From NCBI GenBank assembly GCA_011773985.1, contig WVWN01000062.1, forward strand, positions 132,084 to 196,083: a DNA stretch of 64,000 nucleotides, in the 5' to 3' direction. Below the pieces are notes generated by a model. The model saw nothing but the letters and a program-made list of their open reading frames with translations, ran no database searches and was not told the DNA's origin. Source of the DNA: Candidatus Zixiibacteriota bacterium (GTDB taxonomy: Bacteria > RBG-13-66-14 > B26-G2 > WVWN01). Shown in pieces: positions 19,141 through 28,468 of this stretch (positions are counted from its first letter, which is position 1; every line of letters starts with the position of its first letter). The position numbers and the translations under genes are program-made.

Positions 19141-19760
19141 TCGCGATAGAGGCCTCCACGGCGCGGGTTTCCGTGGCGTTCGTGGACGACGGCCACGCCG
19201 CGGCGCGCCGCTTTGAAGCGGTCGGGCACCTGTCCCGCATCCTTATGCCCTCGCTGCGGGAATTGGCGACGGAAGCTTGGCCCTTGAGCGCGGCCGAGTT
19301 GATCGTAACCGCCCGCGGCCCGGGCTCGTTCACCGGCCTGCGCGTCGGGATGGCCGCCGCGAAGGGGCTCGCATTCGTGACGGCCTTACCGGTGGTCGCG
19401 GTCTCATCGCTCGCGGCGATAGCCGCGGCCGCGGGAAGTCGCGGCAACGTCGCGACCGTCCTCGACGCGCGCGGAGGCTACTACTTCTACGCCGTCTACG
19501 ACTGCTCGGCCGGATATCCTGAGGAAGCCGTCGCCGCCGCCATCGGCGATGCCGCAACGTTGGCGGCTCTGTCCTGCGACGTCTTCGCGGGGCCGCCCGC
19601 GCCGGCTTTGCGGGGGGGACCGCGACGCGGCGTACGCTGGCTCGAGGTGTGGCCCGACGCCGTCGTGCTCGCGGGCTTGGGGGCGTTGGCGTTCCGGCGC
19701 CGGGGCGCGGACGACCTTACGACGCTCAGGCCGACATACCTTAAGAGAGGCCGGGTATGA
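19131..19760 (+). CDS. tsaB: tRNA threonylcarbamoyladenosine biosynthesis protein TsaB
   Basis: YeaZ-type N-terminus MRVIAIEAST with GPGSFTGLRVGMAAAKGLA. Confidence 0.8.
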   Translation: MRVIAIEASTARVSVAFVDDGHAAARRFEAVGHLSRILMPSLRELATEAWPLSAAELIVTARGPGSFTGLRVGMAAAKGLAFVTALPVVAVSSLAAIAAAAGSRGNVATVLDARGGYYFYAVYDCSAGYPEEAVAAAIGDAATLAALSCDVFAGPPAPALRGGPRRGVRWLEVWPDAVVLAGLGALAFRRRGADDLTTLRPTYLKRGRV

Positions 19761-20203
19761 GGTGCGAGCTAAGGCCGGCGACGCCGGGAGACGTACCCGC
19801 CATCAACGCAATCGAACGCGGGGCGTTTCCGTGTCCGTGGCCCGAGTACGCGTTTTACCGCGAACTCGAAAACGACTTGTCAACGCTGAAGGTTTTAACC
19901 GTAGACGGAGAGGTCGTGGGGTATTACGACCTTTGGGTTTGCGCGAACGAAGCCCACTTGTTAAACGTCGCCGTGGCCGACCGGGAACGGCGCCGCGGGT
20001 ACGGGACTAAGCTCATGGAGGACGTGATCGCTGAGGCGAAACACTCCCGCTGCGTTCGGATCGTCTTGGAAGTGCGGCCCGGGAACGAAGCCGCAATAAA
20101 GATATACGAAAAATTAGGATTCAAGAAAGTGACGCACAGGTTACGCTATTATAGCGACGGGGAGGACGCCGACGTTATGGTCAAGAGCCTTCGCGAACCT
20201 TAG
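19757..20203 (+). CDS. rimI: Ribosomal-protein-alanine N-acetyltransferase RimI
   Basis: GNAT fold with HLLNVAVADRERRRGYGTKLM and an acetyl-CoA motif. Completes the tsaE-tsaB-rimI arrangement. Confidence 0.8.
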   Translation: MRCELRPATPGDVPAINAIERGAFPCPWPEYAFYRELENDLSTLKVLTVDGEVVGYYDLWVCANEAHLLNVAVADRERRRGYGTKLMEDVIAEAKHSRCVRIVLEVRPGNEAAIKIYEKLGFKKVTHRLRYYSDGEDADVMVKSLREP

Positions 20204-20251
20204 CGAGGCGTCCGCCGGGCACCTCTTTTATTTTTAGATTAATTTTTCCGG

Positions 20252-20980
20252 TCAACGCAGGCCGAGCGCGCGGTGGACCTGGGGAATCAAGCGAACGTCG
20301 TCGAGCGTATCCGTGAGCCGGACCGCAAGGGCCAAAAGCCGCTCGGATTCGCCGGGAGGCGGAGTACTCTCGTCGCGCCGCGGTTGAACGACGAAGGGGA
20401 TGCGGCCGCGCACGTCGGCGACGAGGCGGGCCGCTTCTAAGACCTCGGCCTCTTCCGTGTCGGGGCCCACCACGACCTTTACGTAACAGGTTCTCTGTTT
20501 TGCGATCTCGAGGAAGTTTTTCGTTTCCTCGCGGGGTAAGGGTTTGCCCGAGAACGAGGGTAGCTTGACGTCTACGGCGATTACGTCAACTCTCGGAAGG
20601 ACCTCGGCGAGTTCCCGATAGTGTTGACCGCGCGTCTCGAGCAAAACGCGCTTGCCGGTTTCCGAGAGCCTGGTCAGAAGTAGCGATAGGAACCCCGGCT
20701 GCTCGAGCGGTTCGCCGCCCGTAACGGCGAAGTAGGGCAGGTTACGCAAGAGCGGTTCCACCCGCGCGGTAAGGTCGGCGACTTTCACCGGGTTGGGGAC
20801 GACCTCGGCCTTCGGGCCGCGGATAACGAATTGCGACGCCCGCGTGCGCGCGCGCGGCGTATCGCAATGTTCGCACGCGGCCACGCAACCGCCGAAACGC
20901 ACGAATAGCATCGGCGTACCGACGAGCGGGCCCTCGCCCTGGACGCTTACGAAGACCTCGTCGACGTATCCTTTCAGCAT
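20252..20980 (-). CDS. queE: 7-carboxy-7-deazaguanine synthase QueE
   Basis: Begins MLKGYVDEVFVSVQGEGPLVGTPMLFVRFGGCVAACEHCDTP, a radical SAM enzyme with the QueE-type CxxxCxxC variant. The track's ORF carries a 145-aa Arg-rich N-terminal extension that is rejected here. Confidence 0.85.
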   Translation of the reverse strand: MLKGYVDEVFVSVQGEGPLVGTPMLFVRFGGCVAACEHCDTPRARTRASQFVIRGPKAEVVPNPVKVADLTARVEPLLRNLPYFAVTGGEPLEQPGFLSLLLTRLSETGKRVLLETRGQHYRELAEVLPRVDVIAVDVKLPSFSGKPLPREETKNFLEIAKQRTCYVKVVVGPDTEEAEVLEAARLVADVRGRIPFVVQPRRDESTPPPGESERLLALAVRLTDTLDDVRLIPQVHRALGLR

Positions 20981-21534
20981 ACGCCCCTGACTTTGCCCAA
21001 CGCGTTGACGAAGCTTTCCACCTCCGCGGCGTACCTCTCGATAACGGCTAATGCGAATTCCGCCGCGTCGACCCCCAACGTACGGAGGTCGCAGACGGGT
21101 ACCGGCGCGCCCGAGCCGTCCACGTTTACGCCCAGGTGAACCAGCGCCGACGTCGGCGAAACGGTGGCTACCGAGACGGTAAGCTTGCCGTCGCCGACGT
21201 AGACGTCGTCGCCCTCGCGCCGTAGGGCCGCGGCGGGTGCGCGCCTTAATACTTCCTCGAAGACGATGGCCGCCAACACTCGCTGACGCCATATGACCTC
21301 GCCGAGTGCTAAGCCGAAATGCTCGACGATGAAATGCAACATGCGGGCCGCGACGATTTCTGCGCCCGCTTGCCTGTCCGCCAGGTCCACGAGGTCCTCG
21401 CCCCGGACCTCGCACGGGCCGATAAACGCGACGATCGCGTCGCCCGATATGCCGAAGTTCTTGTACGCGTAATGGCCGTAAAGCTCGGCGTACGGCCTTT
21501 CCGCGGCGTCGAAATGGGCTTTTATTAACTTCAC
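20974..21534 (-). CDS. Conserved hypothetical protein embedded in the que operon (possibly DUF366-like)
   Basis: 186-aa soluble protein that overlaps the queE start by 7 nt and lies 69 nt downstream of queC, so it is co-operonic. No catalytic motif was recognised. Confidence 0.45.
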   Translation of the reverse strand: MKLIKAHFDAAERPYAELYGHYAYKNFGISGDAIVAFIGPCEVRGEDLVDLADRQAGAEIVAARMLHFIVEHFGLALGEVIWRQRVLAAIVFEEVLRRAPAAALRREGDDVYVGDGKLTVSVATVSPTSALVHLGVNVDGSGAPVPVCDLRTLGVDAAEFALAVIERYAAEVESFVNALGKVRGVC

Positions 21535-21602
21535 CGGGAGGGCTTTATATTGCCGAGGTCGAAAATTAATAAAGCGCGCGGGGACGTTGACTATTCACAT
21601 AT

Positions 21603-22286
21603 CTAAGTTATCGGCCCGAAAATTTTTTCCCGGGCTTCCTCGAGGCCGGCGCGGGCCAACGCCTCCGCGGCCGCGCGGCACGAGGCGCAACCCCCGCAAG
21701 GCCGCGGCCCTTCGCCGTAGCAGGGATATATGTAATGCAGCGGCACACCGAGGGTCCCGGCCTTCTTGGCGATAGCCGCCTTGTCCGCGGCGCTCGTGTA
21801 CGACACAACCCGAACCCGCCCGCGGGTCGAATGGCGGAGCGCGCGATTGCTCGCCGAGACGAATGCGCGCGAGTTATCGGGGAATTGCGCCGCCTCCTCG
21901 GCGTTGAAACCGGCGACGACCGCGGGCGCGCCCAGCCGCTCCGCGAAAGCGGCCGCGACGGCTACGAAGACGCCGTTTCGATTCGGCACCCAGACGGCGT
22001 CCACGTCCGCGGCGCGGGAGGGAAGAGGCGCCCCCGCTTTGACCAAGGCCGGCGGCGCCAACTCGCGCAGCCAGCGCAACTTTACGACGCGGTACGGTAC
22101 GCCGTAGAAGCCGCACAGCCGCTTAGCCGCGCGGACCTCGCTCCGCGCGGCCCTTTGGCCGTAGTCGAACGTTAAGGCCGTAGCTGGCCCGCGGTACCGG
22201 CTCGCGAGCGCCAGGTTGAGCGCGGAATCGAGGCCCCCCGATAGGAGGACGACGGACTTAAACGTCCGGGACGAAAGACGCGGCAT
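21603..22286 (-). CDS. queC: 7-cyano-7-deazaguanine synthase QueC
   Basis: PP-loop VVLLSGGLDS and a C-terminal zinc site CGGCASC. Confidence 0.85.
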   Translation of the reverse strand: MPRLSSRTFKSVVLLSGGLDSALNLALASRYRGPATALTFDYGQRAARSEVRAAKRLCGFYGVPYRVVKLRWLRELAPPALVKAGAPLPSRAADVDAVWVPNRNGVFVAVAAAFAERLGAPAVVAGFNAEEAAQFPDNSRAFVSASNRALRHSTRGRVRVVSYTSAADKAAIAKKAGTLGVPLHYIYPCYGEGPRPCGGCASCRAAAEALARAGLEEAREKIFGPIT

Positions 22287-22635
22287 ATTTCGGCGACTCC
22301 TCGACCGTTACGCGCCGCAGTTTCGCCCCTAAGGGCTCGAGCTTGGGCGCGAGCTGTTCGTAAACGAACGACGCGATGTTCTCCGCCGTCGCGTTGCGGT
22401 CGCTAAACGCGGCCAATTCGTTCAGGTTTTGGTGGTCCATTACGTCGAGTACGCCGCTTAGGCGGGCGTCCAACTCCCTGAAGTCCAGCGCCATACCTAT
22501 TTCGTCCAATCCTGCGGCCTCCGCGACGACGACAACGTTGAAGCTATGTCCGTGAAGGCGCTCGCACGAGCCGCCGTAGCCCCTGAGAGCGTGAGCCGCG
22601 GCGAAGCGGCCTTCGACTTTGACTTCGTACGGCAT
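22258..22635 (-). CDS. queD: 6-carboxy-5,6,7,8-tetrahydropterin synthase QueD
   Basis: CERLHGHSF zinc/His motif and the 125-aa size of the PTPS fold. Confidence 0.85.
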   Translation of the reverse strand: MPYEVKVEGRFAAAHALRGYGGSCERLHGHSFNVVVVAEAAGLDEIGMALDFRELDARLSGVLDVMDHQNLNELAAFSDRNATAENIASFVYEQLAPKLEPLGAKLRRVTVEESPKYAASFVPDV

Positions 22636-22641
22636 ACAGCG

Positions 22642-23283
22642 TCAAATTATTAACGGTTCAACCCGAAGGTTTTCGCCCCGAGCCTTTTCCACCAACGTCC
22701 GGTACAACAGGTCGACCTTGTCCCTGAGTTCCTCTCTCGAGCCAGCGTTATCGACGATTATGTCGGCTTCGGCGCGCTTGCCCGCGGCGTCGACTTGACG
22801 AGCTTGCCGGGCGTCGAAATCGTTCTCGTCGTATTTACGACGGGAGCGTGCTTTACGGACGCCTTCCGGCGCGTCCACAACGACGACGACGTCGACGGGC
22901 AAAGCCCGGTTCCATTCTACTATAAGTGCGGCGTCGATTACAATTATATCGGCCCCCTTTTGGGCCGCGATTTCGCCCTTTATGCGGTCCCAGAGCGGGG
23001 GGTGGATGAGGGCGTTTAAACGCGCGGCCGCTTCTTTGGAGGCGAAAGCGGCGCGTGCGAGGGCTTGCCTATCGACGGCGCCGTCCGGGGTCAAAATCGA
23101 GGGGCCGAAGGCCGCGGCCAATTCAGCTTGAAAGGGGCGCGAGCTTTCTATCAACTCCCGCCCGAGGGCATCCGCGTCTATAATCGGGATGCCTTTTTCG
23201 CGGAGGAGGCCCGCGACCGTGGTTTTACCCGCGCCGATGGCTCCGGTCAGCCCTACGACGAGCGCCTTCTTCCCGGTCCGCAT
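22642..23283 (-). CDS. coaE: Dephospho-CoA kinase
   Basis: P-loop GLTGAIGAGKTTV with the IIDADALGRE motif. Confidence 0.85.
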   Translation of the reverse strand: MRTGKKALVVGLTGAIGAGKTTVAGLLREKGIPIIDADALGRELIESSRPFQAELAAAFGPSILTPDGAVDRQALARAAFASKEAAARLNALIHPPLWDRIKGEIAAQKGADIIVIDAALIVEWNRALPVDVVVVVDAPEGVRKARSRRKYDENDFDARQARQVDAAGKRAEADIIVDNAGSREELRDKVDLLYRTLVEKARGENLRVEPLII

Positions 23284-23363
23284 ATACTTTTTTTATCATT
23301 TTATAAGGCGGAACGCAAGTTTTTTCCTTGTCTTTTTGGTAATTACGTGATAATATCCTTTAA

Positions 23364-24488
23364 GTGAAAAGAAGGCCATTTCGGTTTATTTTCGCCGTAG
23401 CCGTAGTTTTACCAACCTTCACCTCTGGCGGGAGCGCGTCGGCCGAGGTCGCAACTTTCAGGGACGACTTATTCGAAGACGTGCCGGGTCTCCCTGCCAT
23501 TGAAGGGGCGATGTTCGAAGAGGTTAACCGCGTCCGGGAGGGGGAAGACCTGACGCCGCTCGAATGGGACCGCGGCTTGACGCTGGCGGCGCGGCAACAC
23601 TCGGACGAGATGAAACGCCTCTATTACTTTTCGCACGAGTCGCCCACGCCCGGTTTAAGAGACGTACCGGACCGGGTATACGCAGCGGGCGTAACAGACG
23701 TTTCGATGGCCGAGAACTTGGCGTCCGAAAACAGCGTCCCGCCCTCCGAGGACCCGGAGGCGGTGGGGCGCAAGCTCACGGAACTGTTGCTCGCGAGCGA
23801 GAACCACCGGGCCAACATTTTGGACCGGCGCTTCACCCACTCGGGCATAGGTTGTGCCGCCTCGGAGGAGGGCACCCTTTTCTGCACGCAAGTTTTCTCG
23901 AAGCGCACGATAAATTTTAAATCCATAAGGTTGAAGGATGAGGCGGCGGATACCTTAAAGGTTACCTTAACCCTCAAGACCGAAGACGTCGTCGGCGTTT
24001 GGTTGGATGAGACCGACACGTACGTCTTCATGCCCGACGACGGCGTCGTGGTCGTAACGCTACTGTTCCGTCTTGACGACGGCCGGCGCAAAGTCGTCTT
24101 CGCGCGGAGGAAGGTAGACGAGTACGGCGCCATGAAAGGTTTCTTTATCGGGACCTTTGACGCCAGGAAACCTTATAACTTCGGCGCCGGGATAACGGAC
24201 GTCGACGTTCTGGCCGAAGAACACGTGTCGGGCGAATCGAAGTTCTATATTTTGGAAGCGGAGGGGAAACTTCTGGCCGACGCGGCGGGCGTGAAGCTCG
24301 CCGACGGCGACGTTCGGTACGCCGTAAAAATGAAAGGGAAGAAGTTCAAAGTCAAATATCCCATATTGACGGGTTCGGGTTTACACGAGGTCCTGTTCGT
24401 CATCGGCGACCGGGCTTCCCATGGGTTAAAGGTAGACGCGGACCGCCCGCTGGCCGAGGCTTTCCGCCAGACCGCGCACGCGGAGTAG
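23364..24488 (+). CDS. Secreted CAP/SCP (PR-1-like) domain protein with a C-terminal extension
   Basis: Signal peptide, then the CAP motifs HSDEM, HESPT and ENHRANIL...HSGIGCA. Confidence 0.6.
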   Translation: MKRRPFRFIFAVAVVLPTFTSGGSASAEVATFRDDLFEDVPGLPAIEGAMFEEVNRVREGEDLTPLEWDRGLTLAARQHSDEMKRLYYFSHESPTPGLRDVPDRVYAAGVTDVSMAENLASENSVPPSEDPEAVGRKLTELLLASENHRANILDRRFTHSGIGCAASEEGTLFCTQVFSKRTINFKSIRLKDEAADTLKVTLTLKTEDVVGVWLDETDTYVFMPDDGVVVVTLLFRLDDGRRKVVFARRKVDEYGAMKGFFIGTFDARKPYNFGAGITDVDVLAEEHVSGESKFYILEAEGKLLADAAGVKLADGDVRYAVKMKGKKFKVKYPILTGSGLHEVLFVIGDRASHGLKVDADRPLAEAFRQTAHAE

Positions 24489-24492
24489 AGCT

Positions 24493-25443
24493 ATGATGAA
24501 GGTAGAAACGATCACGCGCCAAAAGGCCGAGTTGCTCGCCGAGATCGCGGATATGAAAAAGAGCCGAAACGCGGCCTTTCTGGTTCATAATTACCAGATA
24601 CCGACGGTCCAGGATATAGGCGACTTCGTCGGCGACTCCCTCGGGCTGGCCCAGGAGGCGGTCCAGACCGACGTGGACGTGATCGTCCTCTGCGGCGTTA
24701 GATTTATGGCGGAAACGGCCAAGCTGCTCAATCCCGAAAAAACGGTCCTCCTCGCCGAGCGGGAGGCCAACTGCCCTATGGCGCAAATGGTCCGAGCCGA
24801 CGACCTCGTCGCGCTGAAGGGGGAACACCCGGGCGCAACCGTCGTCTCGTACGTAAATACCACCGCGGCGACCAAGGCCGTGACCGACGTTTGCTGCACA
24901 TCCGCCAACGCCGTGAAGGTCGTTAATTCTATCGCCGAAGACAAACGAATCATATTCACGCCGGACCAACATCTCGGGGCGTACGTCCGCAAGATGACGG
25001 GGCGGGATATCATATTGTGGCCCGGCTGCTGTCCGACCCACGCGCGCATCACCGCGGAAATGGTTCTGGAGGCCAAGGGGGAACACCCGCGCGCGAAGGT
25101 CGTCGTACACCCGGAATGCCTTATGGAGGTCATCGAACTCGCCGACGCGGTCCGCTCCACGAGCGGGATGCTTAAATACTGCGCGGAGTCGGACGCCGCC
25201 CGCTTCATAATCGGGACCGAGAAGGGCATGATATACCCTCTGAAAAAGCGTTGCCCGGACAAAGAGTTTTGGCCGGTCACCCAGGAAGCGATTTGCCCGA
25301 ACATGAAACTCACCACCCTCGAGAGCGTCCGCGATGCGTTGAAATATATGCAATACGAGATTACGATACCGCCCGCCGTCGCCGAGCCGGCGCGTCGGGC
25401 CATAGAGCGCATGCTTCAGATAGGGCGCGATAGCGCGGGTTAA
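24493..25443 (+). CDS. nadA: Quinolinate synthase NadA
   Basis: Characteristic VRFMAETAKLLNP and three-repeat architecture with conserved Cys ligands. Confidence 0.9.
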   Translation: MMKVETITRQKAELLAEIADMKKSRNAAFLVHNYQIPTVQDIGDFVGDSLGLAQEAVQTDVDVIVLCGVRFMAETAKLLNPEKTVLLAEREANCPMAQMVRADDLVALKGEHPGATVVSYVNTTAATKAVTDVCCTSANAVKVVNSIAEDKRIIFTPDQHLGAYVRKMTGRDIILWPGCCPTHARITAEMVLEAKGEHPRAKVVVHPECLMEVIELADAVRSTSGMLKYCAESDAARFIIGTEKGMIYPLKKRCPDKEFWPVTQEAICPNMKLTTLESVRDALKYMQYEITIPPAVAEPARRAIERMLQIGRDSAG

Positions 25444-25455
25444 GGCCGCCGCGGA

Positions 25456-26292
25456 ATGCCTACGAACGTGGATTGGGACGACGTCGTAACCCGGGCGCTC
25501 GAAGAGGACCTGGGTGCGGGCGACGTAACGACGGAATTGCTCGGCGTGGGTAACGTGCCGGCCCGGGCCGCCATCGTCGCCCACGACGACGGCATCATGT
25601 TCGGCATGGAGGTTGCGCGCCGCGTCTTCCGCCAGCTCGAGCGGAAGTTGGTTTTCAAGGCGGTCATCGAGGACGGCCAAAAGTTTACCGCCGGCCGGGC
25701 CGTCGCCCGGCTTCAGGGCCCGGCGGGAGCGATACTTGCCGGGGAGCGGGTCGCCCTCAACTTTATCCAACGGCTATCGGGAATCGCCACTTATACCGCG
25801 GCGTTCGTCGCCCGCGCCGATAACGTCGCCGTAACCGTACTCGACACGCGCAAGACGACGCCCGGCCTCCGCTCGCTCGAGAAGGCTGCGGTGAAGGCGG
25901 GGGGCGGCGAGAATCATCGTGCGGGCCTGTACGACGGCATTATGATAAAAGACAACCACAAACGTCTGTACGGCGGGGTAGGGGAAGCCGTGAAGCGCGC
26001 GCTCGAGAAGCGCCGTTCGCGGATGCCCATTTTCGTGGAGGTCGAGACGGTGGAGGAAGCGGAGGCCGCCGCGGCGGCGGGGGCGGACGTCATAATGCTC
26101 GACAACTTCGACGCCGAAGCCGCGCACCTCGCCTGCCTCGCGGTCGGCGGGCGGGCCGCGGTGGAGGTCTCGGGGGGCGTCAAGCTCGCCAACGTCGCGG
26201 CCTTCGCCCGCTCGGGCGCGAGCCGCATTTCCGTAGGCGCTTTGACGCACTCGGCCCCCGCGCTCGATTTCTCCTTAGAAGTGGAGGCGTAA
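25456..26292 (+). CDS. nadC: Nicotinate-nucleotide pyrophosphorylase (carboxylating) NadC
   Basis: QPRTase N- and C-domains (LDTRKTTPGLR, MLDNF). Confidence 0.9.
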   Translation: MPTNVDWDDVVTRALEEDLGAGDVTTELLGVGNVPARAAIVAHDDGIMFGMEVARRVFRQLERKLVFKAVIEDGQKFTAGRAVARLQGPAGAILAGERVALNFIQRLSGIATYTAAFVARADNVAVTVLDTRKTTPGLRSLEKAAVKAGGGENHRAGLYDGIMIKDNHKRLYGGVGEAVKRALEKRRSRMPIFVEVETVEEAEAAAAAGADVIMLDNFDAEAAHLACLAVGGRAAVEVSGGVKLANVAAFARSGASRISVGALTHSAPALDFSLEVEA

Positions 26293-26310
26293 GTCGCCGG
26301 TGGTGATTTT

Positions 26311-26667
26311 ATGCGCGAGGATATCTTGAACGACCGACATAAGATCTTCTACTCCATCGGAGAAGTGTCCGCACTCACCGGCCTTAAAAGCCACATACTC
26401 CGTTACTGGGAGTCGGAGTTTCCCACGCTGAGGCCCGAGAAACGCTCCAACGGCCGGCGCGCATACCGCAAATCCGACATCCTGCTGATTCTCGTCATTA
26501 AAAAGTTGTTGTACGAGGAAGGCTATACAATCGCCGGCGCCCGCAAGAAGCTGGCCGAGGCGAGGCGGCGCCCCGAGCAATATAAAGACATCATCGCCGA
26601 GCTCCGCGGCGACCTCGAGAAAGTACTCGGCCTGCTCGGCCGCGCCGGCGCCGAACGCCGCCGCTAG
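26311..26667 (+). CDS. MerR-family transcriptional regulator (short, no effector domain)
   Basis: HTH IGEVSALTGLKSHILRYWESEF followed by a coiled-coil dimerisation helix. Confidence 0.75.
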   Translation: MREDILNDRHKIFYSIGEVSALTGLKSHILRYWESEFPTLRPEKRSNGRRAYRKSDILLILVIKKLLYEEGYTIAGARKKLAEARRRPEQYKDIIAELRGDLEKVLGLLGRAGAERRR

Positions 26668-26686
26668 GCCGGCCCGCGTTTGCCGC

Positions 26687-26715
26687 TTGCTTACGCCGGG
26701 GGAATTTTGTATAAT
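26687..26715 (+). promoter_or_regulatory. Sigma-70 promoter for tRNA-Pro(CGG): TTGCTT-17-TGnTATAAT
   Basis: TTGCTT at 26687-26692, a 17-nt spacer, and an extended -10 TGTATAAT ending at 26715. Confidence 0.55.
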
Positions 26716-26758
26716 TATAATAAATCGTACGGAGTCTGTCTGCTGGGGAACAAATCAG

Positions 26759-26832
<74 letters not shown>

Positions 26833-26840
26833 ATTTTAAA

Positions 26841-26866
26841 AGGGACCCCTTGGCGGGTTCCTTTTT
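26841..26866 (+). terminator. Hairpin plus T-run after the tRNA
   Basis: AGGGACC-loop-GGTTCCT followed by TTTTT. Confidence 0.5.
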
Positions 26867-26974
26867 CTAACCCACTGGACGGGCTCCGGCGGACACGGGG
26901 CGCCGCGGTACTCACGCAACCATTCGGCAAAGAACCCTACAATAGAAAAGGCACGCCGGGGATAGGAGGTTAAC

Positions 26975-27550
26975 TTGAAACCCTACGCAAAAGCGAACGT
27001 TCATCACGGCTTCTCGCAGGAGGAAATCGCGGAAGCTGTCGGGAACGCACTTCTTACGTTATGGGGGTACGAAGAGCGTTCCCCGGGAACGTACGAGGCA
27101 GCTATAGGCGGCGCCGCCTTAACGACAGGGGGAGAACGTTTTTCGGTCGATATAGCGGAGGAGGGCCTGATAAAAATCTATAGCGAATCCAACCCGCCGA
27201 ATCGCCTTTGGCCGGGCGCCGTTTACGATAATAAAAACCGGCAGAACGTAAAAGATTTCCTGCTCGCGCTGAAGTTATCGTTGGTAGCGAGCGGGTTGGC
27301 GAAGTCGAAACCCGAAGCTTATTCCTTGCTTTTATCGACCGGAAGAAGTGATACCGACATTGCAAGCCGGGCTTATACTCCGATCGGTTTCGTTAAATCG
27401 ACCGAAAGTAGTGGCGCCGACCTCGCAAACCGTGCCGGTACCGGACGTGCTTCCGGTTGTAGCCTATTGGCGATAAGTATGATAATTATACCGGCGGGAA
27501 TAGGCGCATTCGTTTGCGCCGTAGCGATATTATCCCTTATTTTCTCCTAA
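26975..27550 (+). CDS. Uncharacterised tail-anchored protein, paralog A (N-terminal soluble domain of about 110 aa plus a C-terminal TM helix)
   Basis: TTG start after GGAGG. The N-terminus ...VHHGFSQEEIAEAV...LWGYEERSPGTYEAAIGG...FSVDIAEEGLIKIYSES...SGLAKSKPEAYS is shared with the downstream paralog. A C-terminal hydrophobic helix spans LLAISMIIIPAGIGAFVCAVAILSLIF. Confidence 0.5.
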   Translation: MKPYAKANVHHGFSQEEIAEAVGNALLTLWGYEERSPGTYEAAIGGAALTTGGERFSVDIAEEGLIKIYSESNPPNRLWPGAVYDNKNRQNVKDFLLALKLSLVASGLAKSKPEAYSLLLSTGRSDTDIASRAYTPIGFVKSTESSGADLANRAGTGRASGCSLLAISMIIIPAGIGAFVCAVAILSLIFS

Positions 27551-27696
27551 TTATCAAACCAACTATAAAAAATATACCAACCTGGCCGCCTAAGGGTTTA
27601 CGCGGGCGCAACGCGGTACTTTAGCACACTGTATTAGGGAATACGGCGTCGCGGGTTCCTGTATTTTTATCGCGCTACTCTAGGGAAAGGGGTACC

Positions 27697-28203
27697 ATGG
27701 CCGTACGCAAAGAAGTGACCGTTCAACACGGCTTCTCGCAAGAGGAGATAGCCGAGGCCGTCAAGGCTACGCTTCTTCGATCGTGGGGATACGAGGAGCT
27801 TTCCCCGGGCACCTTCGAGTCGGATATCGGCTGGACTTGGGGGTCCTGGGGTGAATGGTTTACCGTCGATATTACGCGGGAGGGGATAATCAAAATAGCC
27901 AGCAAATCGAAGGTTCCAACTACGCTCTTCGACTTTGGTAAAAACCAAAAAAACTTAAAAAGGTTTTTAAGCGCCCTAAAGCGTACGTTTTCAACGAGCG
28001 GGCTGGCGAAATCTAAGCCCGAAGCTTATACTTCATTTATATCTGACGAAAGGACCCATATCCGAAGTCCGACTCCTGGCGAGAACATTCTCAGCTTCTT
28101 CTTGATGGTAATCTTTTTGTTCGTATCTATAACCCTCGTTCTCGGTTTATTATTTCTAGTACCCCTTGCTTTTATCCTGTTATTACTATCCCAAATATCC
28201 TAA
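27697..28203 (+). CDS. Uncharacterised tail-anchored protein, paralog B
   Basis: ATG start. The N-terminus ...VQHGFSQEEIAEAV...SWGYEELSPGTFESDIG...FTVDITREGIIKIASKS...SGLAKSKPEAYT is clearly homologous to paralog A. A C-terminal TM helix spans FLMVIFLFVSITLVLGLLFLVPLAFILLLL. It is visibly AT-richer than the flanking genes. Confidence 0.5.
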   Translation: MAVRKEVTVQHGFSQEEIAEAVKATLLRSWGYEELSPGTFESDIGWTWGSWGEWFTVDITREGIIKIASKSKVPTTLFDFGKNQKNLKRFLSALKRTFSTSGLAKSKPEAYTSFISDERTHIRSPTPGENILSFFLMVIFLFVSITLVLGLLFLVPLAFILLLLSQIS

Positions 28204-28306
28204 CCGTACCAACCAAAGGGCAAACGGCGTTACCCGGCGCTAAAAATGACGGAGCTTAGTCGGGGAGGTCCGCGCACGACGTGTGGGCCGCCTGCGTTTT
28301 TTTACC

Positions 28307-28335
28307 TTGTCGCAAAGCGGTTTTTGTTATATTAT
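28307..28335 (+). promoter_or_regulatory. Sigma-70-like promoter for tRNA-Pro(GGG): TTGTCG-17-TATTAT
   Basis: TTGTCG at 28307-28312, a 17-nt spacer, and TATTAT at 28330-28335. The architecture mirrors the upstream tRNA-Pro promoter. Confidence 0.45.
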
Positions 28336-28346
28336 ATAAAAGCCTA

Positions 28347-28420
28347 GGGGGCGTAGCGCAGTCCGGTAGCGCACCTGTATGGGGGGCAGGTGGTCGGAGG
28401 TTCAAATCCTCTCGCCCCCA
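28347..28420 (+). tRNA. tRNA-Pro (anticodon GGG)
   Basis: Manual cloverleaf: acceptor GGGGGCG/CGCCCCC, a D arm identical to tRNA-Pro(CGG), anticodon loop ATGGGGG, T loop TTCAAAT. Confidence 0.85.
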
Positions 28421-28468
28421 AATTACTGCCACCGCGCCCTCGCCCGGGGCGCGCGTAGGCTAATTTTT

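Noticed and set aside
20252-21415. 387-aa version of QueE with a 145-aa N-terminal extension
   Set aside because: The extension is poly-Arg/Gly junk that overlaps the upstream conserved ORF in another frame. A canonical QueE N-terminus (MLKGYVDEVF...) begins at the internal ATG at 20978-20980.
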